This document shows, one piece after another, positions 28,925 to 38,282 of a DNA stretch of 64,000 bases (positions are counted from its first letter, which is position 1; each line of letters starts with the position of its first letter). The position numbers and the translations under genes were made by a program. Below the pieces are notes generated by a model. That model searched no databases, was not told the origin of the DNA, and saw only the letters and a list, made by a program, of their open reading frames with translations. The DNA lies in IMG/VR virus record IMGVR_UViG_3300035182_001152; one strand, 5' to 3'. This DNA comes from a virus (Duplodnaviria; Caudoviricetes).

Positions 28925-30367
28925 ATGAACGATCTATTTGAAAATTGGTCAGAAGTTAAGGACGCCCTGTTGGAAGGTCTGGACACTTCGAAGAAGCAAA
29001 TCGTCGGCACTCTGCTTGAAAACCAGAAGTCCCACATCCTGAACGAAACTGCAGCCGCTGGCGCAGTTGCTGCTCAAGACATCGCAGGTTTCCGCAAGAT
29101 CCTGATTCCGATGATCCGCCGTATCATCCCTGGTACAATCGCAACCGAAATCGTTGGTGTTCAGCCAATGCAAGGTCCAGTTGGCCTCGTTTACACGATG
29201 CGCTACAAGTACGGTGAAGCTGTTGCAGTTCCTGCAGCTGGCTCCGCTGGCAACCCATGGACGGCAAACGGTTCTGACGGTACAATTTCCGCTGGTTCGG
29301 AAATGTTCGGTAACAACCCTGTTCTGCGTCAATTCTACTCTGGTGCCGCCGGTGCCGCAGTGGGTGACGGTGGTGCAGCTCAGCCTGCTGGTGCTTCTGG
29401 CATCACCAACGCTGCTGCTGACGAAGCAGACATCCAGGGCAACGCATCACGTGGTGCATGGCCTTCAAGCCTGCCAGCATACAACAGCTCGCTGTTTGGT
29501 CCATACCCATCGTCGGGTACTGACGCCATCGGCCAAGCTTACGCTGGTCGTCTGTACGGTGGTGCTGGCTCCTTCATCGAAGGTTCTGGTGGTCGTACAG
29601 TGAAGCTGGAAGTCGTGTCGCAAGCTGTTGAAGCTGGTACACGCAAGCTGCAAGCTGGTTGGACGGTCGAAGCTATGCAAGACCTGAAGAGCCAGCACGG
29701 TCTGGACCTCGAGTCCGAACTGTCGCAAGTTGTTTCTGCAGAAATCGTGCAAGAAATCGACAGCGAAATCCTGTCCGACCTGTTGGCTCTGGCCGGCACG
29801 GTTGGTACGTACGACTACTCGTCGATCGGTCTGGGCCCTCAGTACCAGCCAGCATACCTGGGCGATCGTTTCGCTAACCTGGGTATTGTGATCAACGCAG
29901 TTGCAAACGAAATCGCTCGTAAGACGCGTCGTGGTGCAGCCAACTTCATCGTTGTCTCTCCAATGGTCGTTTCGATCCTCCAGTCAGCAGCTAAGTCGGT
30001 GTTCGCACCAGCTGTTGCAGGCTCGTTCAAGGGTCCTAACAACTCGATGCTAGTCGGTACTCTGAACGGTTCGATCAAGGTTTACAGCTACCTGTGGAAC
30101 CAAGTCTCCGGTCTGGGCTCCGCTGTGAACGACGTGATCCTCGTCGGTTACAAGGGTGGCAACGGTGAAACGGACACTGGTTACTTCTACTGCCCATACA
30201 TCCCTCTGATGTCAAGCGGTGTCGTGATCAACCCAGTCACGTTCCAGCCAGTCGTTTCGATGATGACTCGTTACGGCAAGACAGCGTTCACGCAAACGCA
30301 AACATCGTTGGGCAACAGCGCTGATTATTACGGTAAGATCAACGTTTCCAACTTCCAGTTCGCCTAA
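28925..30367 (+). CDS. gp23: Major capsid protein
   Basis: LIPMIRRIIPGTIATEIVGVQPMQGPVGLVYTMRY; RKLQAGWTVEAMQDLKSQHGLD; YCPYIPL; FQPVVSMMTRYG. Confidence 0.97.
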   Translation: MNDLFENWSEVKDALLEGLDTSKKQIVGTLLENQKSHILNETAAAGAVAAQDIAGFRKILIPMIRRIIPGTIATEIVGVQPMQGPVGLVYTMRYKYGEAVAVPAAGSAGNPWTANGSDGTISAGSEMFGNNPVLRQFYSGAAGAAVGDGGAAQPAGASGITNAAADEADIQGNASRGAWPSSLPAYNSSLFGPYPSSGTDAIGQAYAGRLYGGAGSFIEGSGGRTVKLEVVSQAVEAGTRKLQAGWTVEAMQDLKSQHGLDLESELSQVVSAEIVQEIDSEILSDLLALAGTVGTYDYSSIGLGPQYQPAYLGDRFANLGIVINAVANEIARKTRRGAANFIVVSPMVVSILQSAAKSVFAPAVAGSFKGPNNSMLVGTLNGSIKVYSYLWNQVSGLGSAVNDVILVGYKGGNGETDTGYFYCPYIPLMSSGVVINPVTFQPVVSMMTRYGKTAFTQTQTSLGNSADYYGKINVSNFQFA

Positions 30368-30419
30368 TCAACGCACCCTTCGGGGTGCTTGCCTAAGCAA
30401 GCGGGATGACGAAAGTCAC

Positions 30420-30448
30420 AAAGGTCTCTTCGGAGACCTTTTTTATTG
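30420..30448 (+). terminator. Intrinsic terminator, copy 1 of a 29-bp direct repeat
   Basis: AAAGGTCTC-TTCG-GAGACCTTTTTT. Confidence 0.85.
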
Positions 30449-30635
30449 CTTGAATGAAATGTGCAGCAAATCTTCAAACGTTACCCTGGAAAGTAACCGT
30501 TGTTGAGAGAGATTTACTAACCGACAATAAGCGCACTGGTTAATTGTTACCAACGGGAAACCGTGATGCAGAGGTGTTGTGCGTAGGTTGTCTATCACAC
30601 AACGAACAACGCAAAGATACAAACGAAAGTCAAAT

Positions 30636-30827
30636 ATGAGCGCACTTTTCATTGCCCAACCGACTCCCTCCGGAGTCACCCTTACCGAAGCATTCAACGC
30701 ATGGCGTGCCGAACAAGGCCTCAAGCCTGTCGCACCACAAACCTTGAAGCGATATGTTGGAGGTGGTGCTGGATATGAAAATGGTCCTCCGAAGAAGCTC
30801 ATGCAGTTCCTTCGAACGATTGTGTAA
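30636..30827 (+). CDS. Small hypothetical protein (63 aa, possibly helix-turn-helix)
   Basis: ORF between the duplicated terminators; AFNAWRAEQGLKPVAPQTLKRYV. Confidence 0.55.
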   Translation: MSALFIAQPTPSGVTLTEAFNAWRAEQGLKPVAPQTLKRYVGGGAGYENGPPKKLMQFLRTIV

Positions 30828-30847
30828 CGCACCTAGTGCGGAAGGCA

Positions 30848-30876
30848 AAAGGTCTCTTCGGAGACCTTTTTTATTG
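30848..30876 (+). terminator. Intrinsic terminator, identical copy 2
   Basis: Same 29 nt as 30420-30448. Confidence 0.85.
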
Positions 30877-30912
30877 GCTGAACGTAAATACTCAACCACG
30901 TTGGGAGAATAT

Positions 30913-31536
30913 ATGTTCATTGTGAAGCCCTCTACCTTCAATCCGTCTCTATACCTAACCAAGACCGTTGACGATGAACACGCCTTAAACAGCACCCTTG
31001 TCCGATACTTTGACAAGGATGGTTTCGAGCTAACACCACTTGAGCGTGAATACTATGTGGCTAACGGCGTAGAGTTGACGAGCTACTTGGAAAACATAGC
31101 AGCTCACAAATCTTGGATTGAACTAGAGGCACGACACCCATCAGTGTTTTTAGACCACAGCATGCTGTTAGAGCGGTACCAATTTGCTGGTGATGCTGCA
31201 GCTCAACTTGAGCGCCTCGCGCGTGCAAACCCCGAGCTCTGGAAACTTCTGCGTACGCGGTGCAAGTGGGGAATTGACTTCTCCGTGGATTACATCACGG
31301 ACAATTGTGTGACGGATGTGTTTCACGTAGAGTTTGACAGCCAATCTCTGGAACAACTACTACCAATCAAGAGCATCGTTGAGCAAATTGTTCTATCTAC
31401 TGATTGGGTTGATGCGGGAGAGCGAATTCGCGCCAACCGTTGCCAGTGGGAGCATCTTGAAGGCAAAGAGCAACAAAACTGGAAGGCAAAGTACTTTGGG
31501 TTCAATGCCGCAGAGATCCTCTGCAAGACATTGTAG
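30913..31536 (+). CDS. Hypothetical phage protein
   Basis: SD GGGAG and GTAAATA at 30884; FDKDGFELT..KWGIDFSVDY..WKAKYFG. Confidence 0.75.
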   Translation: MFIVKPSTFNPSLYLTKTVDDEHALNSTLVRYFDKDGFELTPLEREYYVANGVELTSYLENIAAHKSWIELEARHPSVFLDHSMLLERYQFAGDAAAQLERLARANPELWKLLRTRCKWGIDFSVDYITDNCVTDVFHVEFDSQSLEQLLPIKSIVEQIVLSTDWVDAGERIRANRCQWEHLEGKEQQNWKAKYFGFNAAEILCKTL

Positions 31537-31607
31537 CTTTTTACCATCTGAACCAATTCCACGATAAATATCTAGCGCAAAACTCGTGCGAAAAGGTGAC
31601 GCAACAT

Positions 31608-31952
31608 ATGCTAACATTCAAGCAGTATCTCGAAAGCAAGGACCAGCTCCGCAAAGCCATTGAGAATACTCCAACTGCCATCATTGAATATGAGGTCAAA
31701 AAGTATTGTTCGTTGACTGTTGGCGAGACAGAGGATGAGAAGACACTGGTTGGCTTGAAACCCAAGCACAAGATCATTGTTGAGTGGCGCTACGACAGCG
31801 TCCAAGACCCAACCCCCGAGTCAATCCAATTCGTCGGTCTCAAGGATATCGACGAAGATGAAAAGGTGTCCACATTCTGGACCGGATCAAAGCTAACAAA
31901 ATGGCTCGCACGCCACACCACGAAGGAAGTCAACAATGGATACAAAGTTTAA
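31608..31952 (+). CDS. Hypothetical late protein with an MLTFKQYLE N-terminus
   Basis: Late promoter at 31564-31570. Confidence 0.75.
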   Translation: MLTFKQYLESKDQLRKAIENTPTAIIEYEVKKYCSLTVGETEDEKTLVGLKPKHKIIVEWRYDSVQDPTPESIQFVGLKDIDEDEKVSTFWTGSKLTKWLARHTTKEVNNGYKV

Positions 31953-32517
31953 CCTGCTGAAGACGGCAAACGACCGCATCATTATCGAGCGATATGAAGA
32001 CGCAGCGATTGTTGCAAACATCACCGCAATCGCTGAATCTACGGGCGCTACTGTTGATTTCTTGCACGAAAGCGTGACCCACTTACTAGCAAACATTGCA
32101 ACTGCAGCTCATGATGGCAAGCCAATCCGTCTCATGCACCTGAACTCCATCGCCGCATTCATGGCCGGCGTTGACGCGATTACACAGGCACTGCCAAATT
32201 CTCAGGATCCAACCAAGAAACAAAACACAATTCGCGCTCTGTCTGTTGCAGGTATTGCCAGTGATGGTATGATCAACGATGCGACGTTCCCGATCATCGA
32301 AGTTGGCGCTCGACGCGAGGATCTCAAGAGCAAGTACGTCCAAATGCTAAAGGATTACGTACTATCCCGTGAGAAGGGAAATCCGCAAGGAACAATTGTG
32401 GCTAGTGCAGCACGCAAGCTCCAAATGGCAGTAGACCGTGCAATGCGATCCATAGCTAAGCCACGTTCATTCGCAAACGCCGGGCCCGGAGCTGCAACCG
32501 GAGGCGTTCCCACTTGA
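31936..32517 (+). CDS. Hypothetical protein
   Basis: Overlap-coupled ORF with SD AAGGAAG. Confidence 0.7.
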   Translation: MDTKFNLLKTANDRIIIERYEDAAIVANITAIAESTGATVDFLHESVTHLLANIATAAHDGKPIRLMHLNSIAAFMAGVDAITQALPNSQDPTKKQNTIRALSVAGIASDGMINDATFPIIEVGARREDLKSKYVQMLKDYVLSREKGNPQGTIVASAARKLQMAVDRAMRSIAKPRSFANAGPGAATGGVPT

Positions 32518-32556
32518 CGTTTTACCCGAACTATAGCAGAATCGAAGGGGTCAATG

Positions 32557-32585
32557 TTGACCCCTTCCTTTTTAGTTGATATGAT
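32557..32585 (+). promoter_or_regulatory. Sigma70-type promoter TTGACC-N17-TATGAT
   Basis: Upstream of 32615. The -35 box is the right arm of the GAAGGGGTCAA/TTGACCCCTTC inverted repeat, which may double as a terminator. Confidence 0.7.
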
Positions 32586-32614
32586 TCATCTCAACATGTC
32601 CACGCGGGTAAATT

Positions 32615-32806
32615 ATGGCTGACGTTCTGTTGCGCTTCAGTGTCGCTAACCTCATCGTCAACCAAGTCATTGACTCTGGCCTGGCTCCAGCAGACAAGAT
32701 GAAAACGTTGGCTGATCTTGAGCTCAACATCACGTTGATGCACAAGCTAGGCCTTACGTCCCTGAAACCCGTTGTGGAGATGACCGCTGATGACCTCGTA
32801 TACTGA
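32615..32806 (+). CDS. Small hypothetical protein
   Basis: ORF downstream of the sigma70 promoter. Confidence 0.65.
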   Translation: MADVLLRFSVANLIVNQVIDSGLAPADKMKTLADLELNITLMHKLGLTSLKPVVEMTADDLVY

Positions 32807-32817
32807 AAAGGAGCTCC

Positions 32818-33465
32818 ATGTCCTCGCTCAACAATCACTTCACAGACGCCGATCTGCAAACCGTCCAAGACGGTATCAATACCTTCATCCGCCTGACCGG
32901 GCTGATCTACGATCCCAGCCCCCTCGTCTGGAACCGCTGGTTCACCGATGAAAGCGACCTCAAGGCGGCACTCCGATCAGTCCGTGATGCGTTCGTCAAC
33001 AGCAAGCGAATGTTGGGCAAACGGAAGTACCGGGGGGTCGACTTCAACCACGTCAAGGAGATCAAGAAGGACCTGACGACCTTCTTGACGTCGGGCAAGG
33101 ACGCCGGTGAAACTGCTCACCTGAGGAAATGCAACCTGCCGATGTACTACTTGGTGATTGATCCAGTGATCGATCTGTTCGGCAACTTCGATCACGAAGA
33201 ATCGATCTTGTTCGCACCTGAGATCATCGATGGCATCTGCAAGATGGTCGACGACTGCACGAACTACGGGACGTACGAGCAAGCGATCGAAGCGCAACTC
33301 CAGGTGCGAAAGCTGATGGCAGCCCGTGAGGAAACCAAGAAGCAGGAACAACTGTCCAAGCGCAAGAAGAAGCCCAAGGCACAAGATCCGTTCCTCGCCC
33401 TTCTTGCATCAGTCGCTGCAGAAGTTGATGACGACCTGGAAGAGGACGAGCAAGACGAACTGTAA
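32818..33465 (+). CDS. Hypothetical protein with an acidic tail
   Basis: SD AAAGGAG, GC3-rich codons, followed by a terminator. Confidence 0.75.
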   Translation: MSSLNNHFTDADLQTVQDGINTFIRLTGLIYDPSPLVWNRWFTDESDLKAALRSVRDAFVNSKRMLGKRKYRGVDFNHVKEIKKDLTTFLTSGKDAGETAHLRKCNLPMYYLVIDPVIDLFGNFDHEESILFAPEIIDGICKMVDDCTNYGTYEQAIEAQLQVRKLMAAREETKKQEQLSKRKKKPKAQDPFLALLASVAAEVDDDLEEDEQDEL

Positions 33466-33480
33466 GCGGCAACACCGCTT

Positions 33481-33510
33481 AAAAGAAGGCTACCCAAGGG
33501 TAGCCTTTTT
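33481..33510. terminator. Bidirectional intrinsic terminator
   Basis: AAAAGAAGGCTACC-CAAG-GGTAGCCTTTTT. Confidence 0.8.
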
Positions 33511-33551
33511 CGTTTCCGGCCGATAAATACACTCATACACCGAGGAACTGT

Positions 33552-36497
33552 ATGAGTACATTTGACATTATCACTGACGCCCCAGGCCTTCTGCGCACAG
33601 AAGCGATTAACATCACGCTGAAGTTTGATCGTACAGGTCCAACAACTGGTCGTATCAGCTGGAATATCCCTACTCCCGCTGCTGGTTGCACAGCAGACAC
33701 TCAGGCGTATTGTGGTATGGTCGTCACAGTTGACACGACACCAGCAACGTCAGGAGCGCTGCCAACTAACGGCCAGGTGTACAGCTCTGACGCTTCCGTA
33801 GATGCCAACTTGTTTGCAGGTGACAAGCTCGGGACAGCAATGATTGTTGGTGCATTCTACCAAGATCGCACAACAACGTTTGTTGACGTTACCGGGTTGA
33901 TGGCAAACACTCCATACTACGTATCAGGTTACCCCGTTGATTGCCAACTGCGTTACATGGTTGAAGGTGTCCACGCATACTCTCAGAACTACACGAACCG
34001 TGGATCTGATGGTACAAACGGCACACAGGTGCTGGTCCTTAACTCATCTGCATCGGCAATGGGCGTGCAACCAACAGATTCAACCGGGCTAAATGTTGGT
34101 CAAGAATACAGCTTCCAAGTTCAAGTTGGGCTAGTTCCGAAGCCAAACCGTCCTGTGGATTCTGTTGAGTGCACAGTTACACCTCACGTGTACACAATTA
34201 CGGTTGACGGCACAGACGGACAGTCGTATAGCGAGCTCGTTGACGCAATTAACAAGCAGTTTGCTCTATTGTCCAATGGCGCCCTGGGTGCGACGCCTCC
34301 AAACACGGGAGCATACTACTGGAATGCACCACACCAGAAGCTATTCCAATGGAACGGTACAACCCACGTTGAACTCCCGGTAATCATCGATCAGACAGCG
34401 CCAAATATCGTTTCTACGAATACCTACTGGCTGAACCCTACAACCGGTGAGCTTTCGATTTGGAACGGCTCAGCGTGGGCAGCTGTGCAAGTGATCACTT
34501 TTGCAACAGACCCAACGAGCCCAATCGCTGACAAAACATACTGGTTCAACGGCATGCAAGCATTCTTGTGGAATGGAACTGCATGGTGTGTTGTGTCAAA
34601 CGTGACACAACCTACGGATCCGTCACTGCCCATCACTCCTCCCGCAGGATCATACTGGTATGACACTGCTGATGGTGCGACGTTTAAGTGGAACAGTACG
34701 CTCGAGATGTGGTCATCTGTTCCCGTAATCCATTACAACCAGGATCCAAACACGTTACCAGTAGGCACGTTCTGGTTGAACGATGTTGCGGGTCTACTAT
34801 ACCAGCTGAACACACCGTCGGTTGGTTGGAATCTGCAACCTAACCTTGCGATTACAGAAACGGAGCCTGCAACCCCAGCCCCAGGCAAGTTCTGGTACAA
34901 TCCAACGACAAAGGTGCTGAAGCAGCGTTCGATGGATAACCTAACGTGGAACATTGAACCTGTTATTGTGTTCTCACTCGATCCAGTGCCACGCTCAGGC
35001 TGTGATTTGTGGTATGACACATCAACAAACCAACTGAAGCTGTACGATGCATTGGCAGAATTGTGGGTGGTTGTGTCTAGTGTATACATGCAAGACACAG
35101 ATCCAACTGCTACTCCTGTCATTGCACAAGGAGCGACATGGTACGACACAGATACAAACGTGTTCTACGTGTACGGTGGTTCGTGTTTTGTCGCTACTCC
35201 GTACATTAGCTGGCCATCTGACCCAACACAACTTGCGCAGGGTGTTGTATGGCACAACATCACAACTGACACACGGTACGTGCGCGGTCCTGCAGCATGG
35301 GCACAAATTACGCCTGTTGTAACAACTAACGATCCAACTAGCCTGCCAACAGGCACGTTTTGGTACACTCCTTCAACGCTCGCACTGAAGTCGTGGAACG
35401 GTGTCACGTGGGTTTCAGTTACATATTCGCTATTGCCCCTGACACCAACAAAGGGCACATTGTGGTTTGACACAACAACCAACCTGCTGAAATCGTGGAA
35501 TGGCTACGCCTGGGTTCTCGCAACGCCTGTTGCGACCGTTGAGCTGGACTGCCACGGCAATATGCTGTTTACAGACACCAATGTTGGAAGTGCTTCATTC
35601 ATTAGCCTCGCAGACATTTCTCTGTTTGGAGCTCTCAATGTAACCAACACAATCCACGATGCAAACCCTGGCACCGATGGCGCATCAAGCACCCCATCAT
35701 ACGCAGAGCTTGGAATCGGAACAGACGGCAGTGATGCAGCTCGTGATGCGATCGCGAATGATATTCGTTACGAACTCGGCTACCCTGTGCAAGACGTTGA
35801 GTTGACGAAAGAGCAAATGGATTACGCAATCAACAAGGCTCTCAGCGAACTGCGTCAGCGTTCCGGTCTCCCATACAAACGTGGCTTCTTCTTCATGGCT
35901 CTCAAGGCAAATGAACAGCGCTACTTCTTGACCAACAAGATCAGCGGCATGAACAAGATTGTTGACGTGATGGGCGTATACCGCTGCACATCAGCGTTTC
36001 TCGCATCAGCTCACGGCGCGGGCGTGTACGGTCAGATTGTCGTTCAACATTTGTACAACATGGGCACGTTTGACTTGCTCAGCTATCACATAATGGCAGA
36101 CTACACAAAGATGATGGAAATCCTGTTTGCTGCACGTGTGACATACACTTGGAACGAGCAAACCCGCGAGATCTGGCTACATCAACGGTACAATCAGGCA
36201 GAACCGATGGTAATGATTGATGCAACTGTGGAACGTACAGAGCAAGACATCATGACCGATCGTTACGCCAAGCCGTGGATTCGTCGATATGCTGCTGGGG
36301 TTGCACGAATCATGCTCGCCGAAATCCGTGGCAAGTTCTCGACGTTGCCTGGTGCAAGTGGTTCCGTCACTCTGAATGCTGCAGAACTGCGTCAGACGGG
36401 TCAAGCAGAAATTGAAGCTTGCTTGGCAGAAATTGACGACTATCTGGTCGATAAGCCAGAAGAGTTTGGCATGGGCACCACATTCACATTCGGTTAA
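33552..36497 (+). CDS. gp13: Neck protein gp13-like, with a ~720-aa N-terminal extension containing 11 W-Y-D/N repeats
   Basis: C-terminal IRYELGYPVQDVELTKEQMDYAI..WIRRYAAGVARIMLAEIRGKFSTLPGASGSVTLN neck domain; late promoter at 33523-33529. Confidence 0.8.
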   Translation: MSTFDIITDAPGLLRTEAINITLKFDRTGPTTGRISWNIPTPAAGCTADTQAYCGMVVTVDTTPATSGALPTNGQVYSSDASVDANLFAGDKLGTAMIVGAFYQDRTTTFVDVTGLMANTPYYVSGYPVDCQLRYMVEGVHAYSQNYTNRGSDGTNGTQVLVLNSSASAMGVQPTDSTGLNVGQEYSFQVQVGLVPKPNRPVDSVECTVTPHVYTITVDGTDGQSYSELVDAINKQFALLSNGALGATPPNTGAYYWNAPHQKLFQWNGTTHVELPVIIDQTAPNIVSTNTYWLNPTTGELSIWNGSAWAAVQVITFATDPTSPIADKTYWFNGMQAFLWNGTAWCVVSNVTQPTDPSLPITPPAGSYWYDTADGATFKWNSTLEMWSSVPVIHYNQDPNTLPVGTFWLNDVAGLLYQLNTPSVGWNLQPNLAITETEPATPAPGKFWYNPTTKVLKQRSMDNLTWNIEPVIVFSLDPVPRSGCDLWYDTSTNQLKLYDALAELWVVVSSVYMQDTDPTATPVIAQGATWYDTDTNVFYVYGGSCFVATPYISWPSDPTQLAQGVVWHNITTDTRYVRGPAAWAQITPVVTTNDPTSLPTGTFWYTPSTLALKSWNGVTWVSVTYSLLPLTPTKGTLWFDTTTNLLKSWNGYAWVLATPVATVELDCHGNMLFTDTNVGSASFISLADISLFGALNVTNTIHDANPGTDGASSTPSYAELGIGTDGSDAARDAIANDIRYELGYPVQDVELTKEQMDYAINKALSELRQRSGLPYKRGFFFMALKANEQRYFLTNKISGMNKIVDVMGVYRCTSAFLASAHGAGVYGQIVVQHLYNMGTFDLLSYHIMADYTKMMEILFAARVTYTWNEQTREIWLHQRYNQAEPMVMIDATVERTEQDIMTDRYAKPWIRRYAAGVARIMLAEIRGKFSTLPGASGSVTLNAAELRQTGQAEIEACLAEIDDYLVDKPEEFGMGTTFTFG

Positions 36498-36598
36498 ACG
36501 GTGCATTAGTCGTCAGGTTGCCCGAATCTCTCCGGGTTAAAAGTAGCAGACCCATAAATACCAGACATCTCTGAATATGGTCCACAAGGAGCAACCTG

Positions 36599-37999
36599 AT
36601 GACAACGATTACTTCCGAAAACGTCAAGTTCAACGGCACTCTCAGCAACGCTGCTGTGCTGAAGAACGTTGGTAACGTTAAAACCCTGATTCTGACGGAT
36701 ACTCTGAGCGCGGCTGACCGCACACGTTTGGACGCATTCATCGCTCAGTACGGTTCAAACCCACTAGCTGGCCCAACTGCTGGTAAGCAAGTAGTGAACT
36801 TCACCGGTTCACCTACCGGTGCAACCGCAACAGGTCTGTCGAACATCGCTGCGGCAACTGCTGGTACGGCAACGGTCAACATTGGCGGCAACAAGACAGG
36901 TGGTTCTGCCTCCGGTCTTGCTGCTAAGACGGGCACATCTGGCGTCCAAATTGTCAATCTCGCTCGGGGTGTCGTTGGCAGCACAGCTACAGGACTGGCA
37001 AACGACATCACCACATACACAATCTCAATGACGATTGACGGCGTCTCTACGCCTGTCTCCGTTGTTGGATCTGCAGCTCAAACGTTTACGACTCTGATCA
37101 CGGAAATCAACGTTGACCTCGGCGCTGCTGGCTCTGTCGCTCTCGTTGGCGGTGATCTGAAGTTCACGTCCGCAACAACCGGTCTCGCTTCGAAAGTTCG
37201 TTTGAACTCTGGTACTCTACTGCCAGCTCTGACAGCTTACCAAGGCGTATTCCCACCAGCTGATGGTGATAACACAGGTCGCACATACAGCGCTAACTTC
37301 TTGATCGACGGTACAATCAAGAAGACGGCAACATTCGACGGCTCTGCTGGTGTTACATTAACCAACGTGTTAACGGCAATCAACACGGGCCTGGCTGGAG
37401 CAGCAACAGCAGCAATCACAGGTGGTAACATTGTAATCACGTCTGCAACGACTGGCAAGACATCCTCTGTTCGCGTATACGACACCGGCTTCCTGTTCGC
37501 TTTAATGACAGGTTATGTCGGTATCACGTCAACTGACGGTGTTGATCCAACGACATACACAGCCACGATTGTGGTTGACGGTGTGACAAAGTCTGTCTCC
37601 GCAGCAGGTAACACAATGCAAACGTTCACAACGCTGGTTGCTGCTCTGAACACTGCACTTGGTGCGGCAGGTACGGCAGCGATTGCCGGCGGTGCGATCA
37701 CTGTGACATCTGCAACAACCGGCACATCCTCGTCGGTTGCCATCACCGACGGCAACCTGTTCAAGAACGTTGCAGGATTCACCACTATCTCTGACGCAGT
37801 CGCTGGCGCAACTGATCTGGTTGCAGAAATGCAAAAGGCTAAGGTTGGCGGCGCATCCCTATACGACGAGTTCAAGGTAATCTCTGTTGGCCTAAAGCCA
37901 GCTCTACCAGCTGTTCCAGCTGCACTGCCTAAGACCTTGGCCTTCACGTACTGGAATGGTACTGTGTGGAAGTACCTCGTCGACGGCAGCAACGTCTAA
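36599..37999 (+). CDS. Thr/Ala/Gly-rich virion protein with three ~65-aa repeats (collar/whisker or decoration candidate)
   Basis: Repeats TYT..IDG..QTFTTL...IN..LG...I.GG.I..TSATTG..S; late promoter at 36554-36560; lies between gp13 and gp14. Confidence 0.7.
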   Translation: MTTITSENVKFNGTLSNAAVLKNVGNVKTLILTDTLSAADRTRLDAFIAQYGSNPLAGPTAGKQVVNFTGSPTGATATGLSNIAAATAGTATVNIGGNKTGGSASGLAAKTGTSGVQIVNLARGVVGSTATGLANDITTYTISMTIDGVSTPVSVVGSAAQTFTTLITEINVDLGAAGSVALVGGDLKFTSATTGLASKVRLNSGTLLPALTAYQGVFPPADGDNTGRTYSANFLIDGTIKKTATFDGSAGVTLTNVLTAINTGLAGAATAAITGGNIVITSATTGKTSSVRVYDTGFLFALMTGYVGITSTDGVDPTTYTATIVVDGVTKSVSAAGNTMQTFTTLVAALNTALGAAGTAAIAGGAITVTSATTGTSSSVAITDGNLFKNVAGFTTISDAVAGATDLVAEMQKAKVGGASLYDEFKVISVGLKPALPAVPAALPKTLAFTYWNGTVWKYLVDGSNV

Positions 38000-38026
38000 T
38001 CGACTACCCAGCGCCCTACGCTGAGT

Positions 38027-38082
38027 CAGGAGAGGGTTCCATAAATGGTCTTCAAAGTGACCATTTATGGAACCCTCTCCTG
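38027..38082. repeat. Perfect 24-bp inverted repeat with an 8-nt spacer
   Basis: CAGGAGAGGGTTCCATAAATGGTC-TTCAAAGT-GACCATTTATGGAACCCTCTCCTG. Confidence 0.95.
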
Positions 38083-38110
38083 CCTTCAAGACCTGCAAAG
38101 CGTGTTTTGA

Positions 38111-38260
38111 ACAAAAAAAGCACTCGTAGAGTTTTGCCTTGGTTATGTTCCTAGCAACGTAGCCGTTATCAACATGCATGCCAACAGACTCAAACCAGAT
38201 GCGACCCTTGAAGAGCTCCGAGCTATCGTAACCTACGTAGAACGGGCCACAGCTTCATAA
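38111..38260 (+). pseudogene. C-terminal remnant of an HNH-type homing endonuclease
   Basis: Reads LGYVPSNVAVINMHANRLKPDATLEELRAIV with an in-frame TGA just upstream and no start codon. Confidence 0.7.
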
Positions 38261-38282
38261 ATATTGTCTTTGAGGATTTGAT

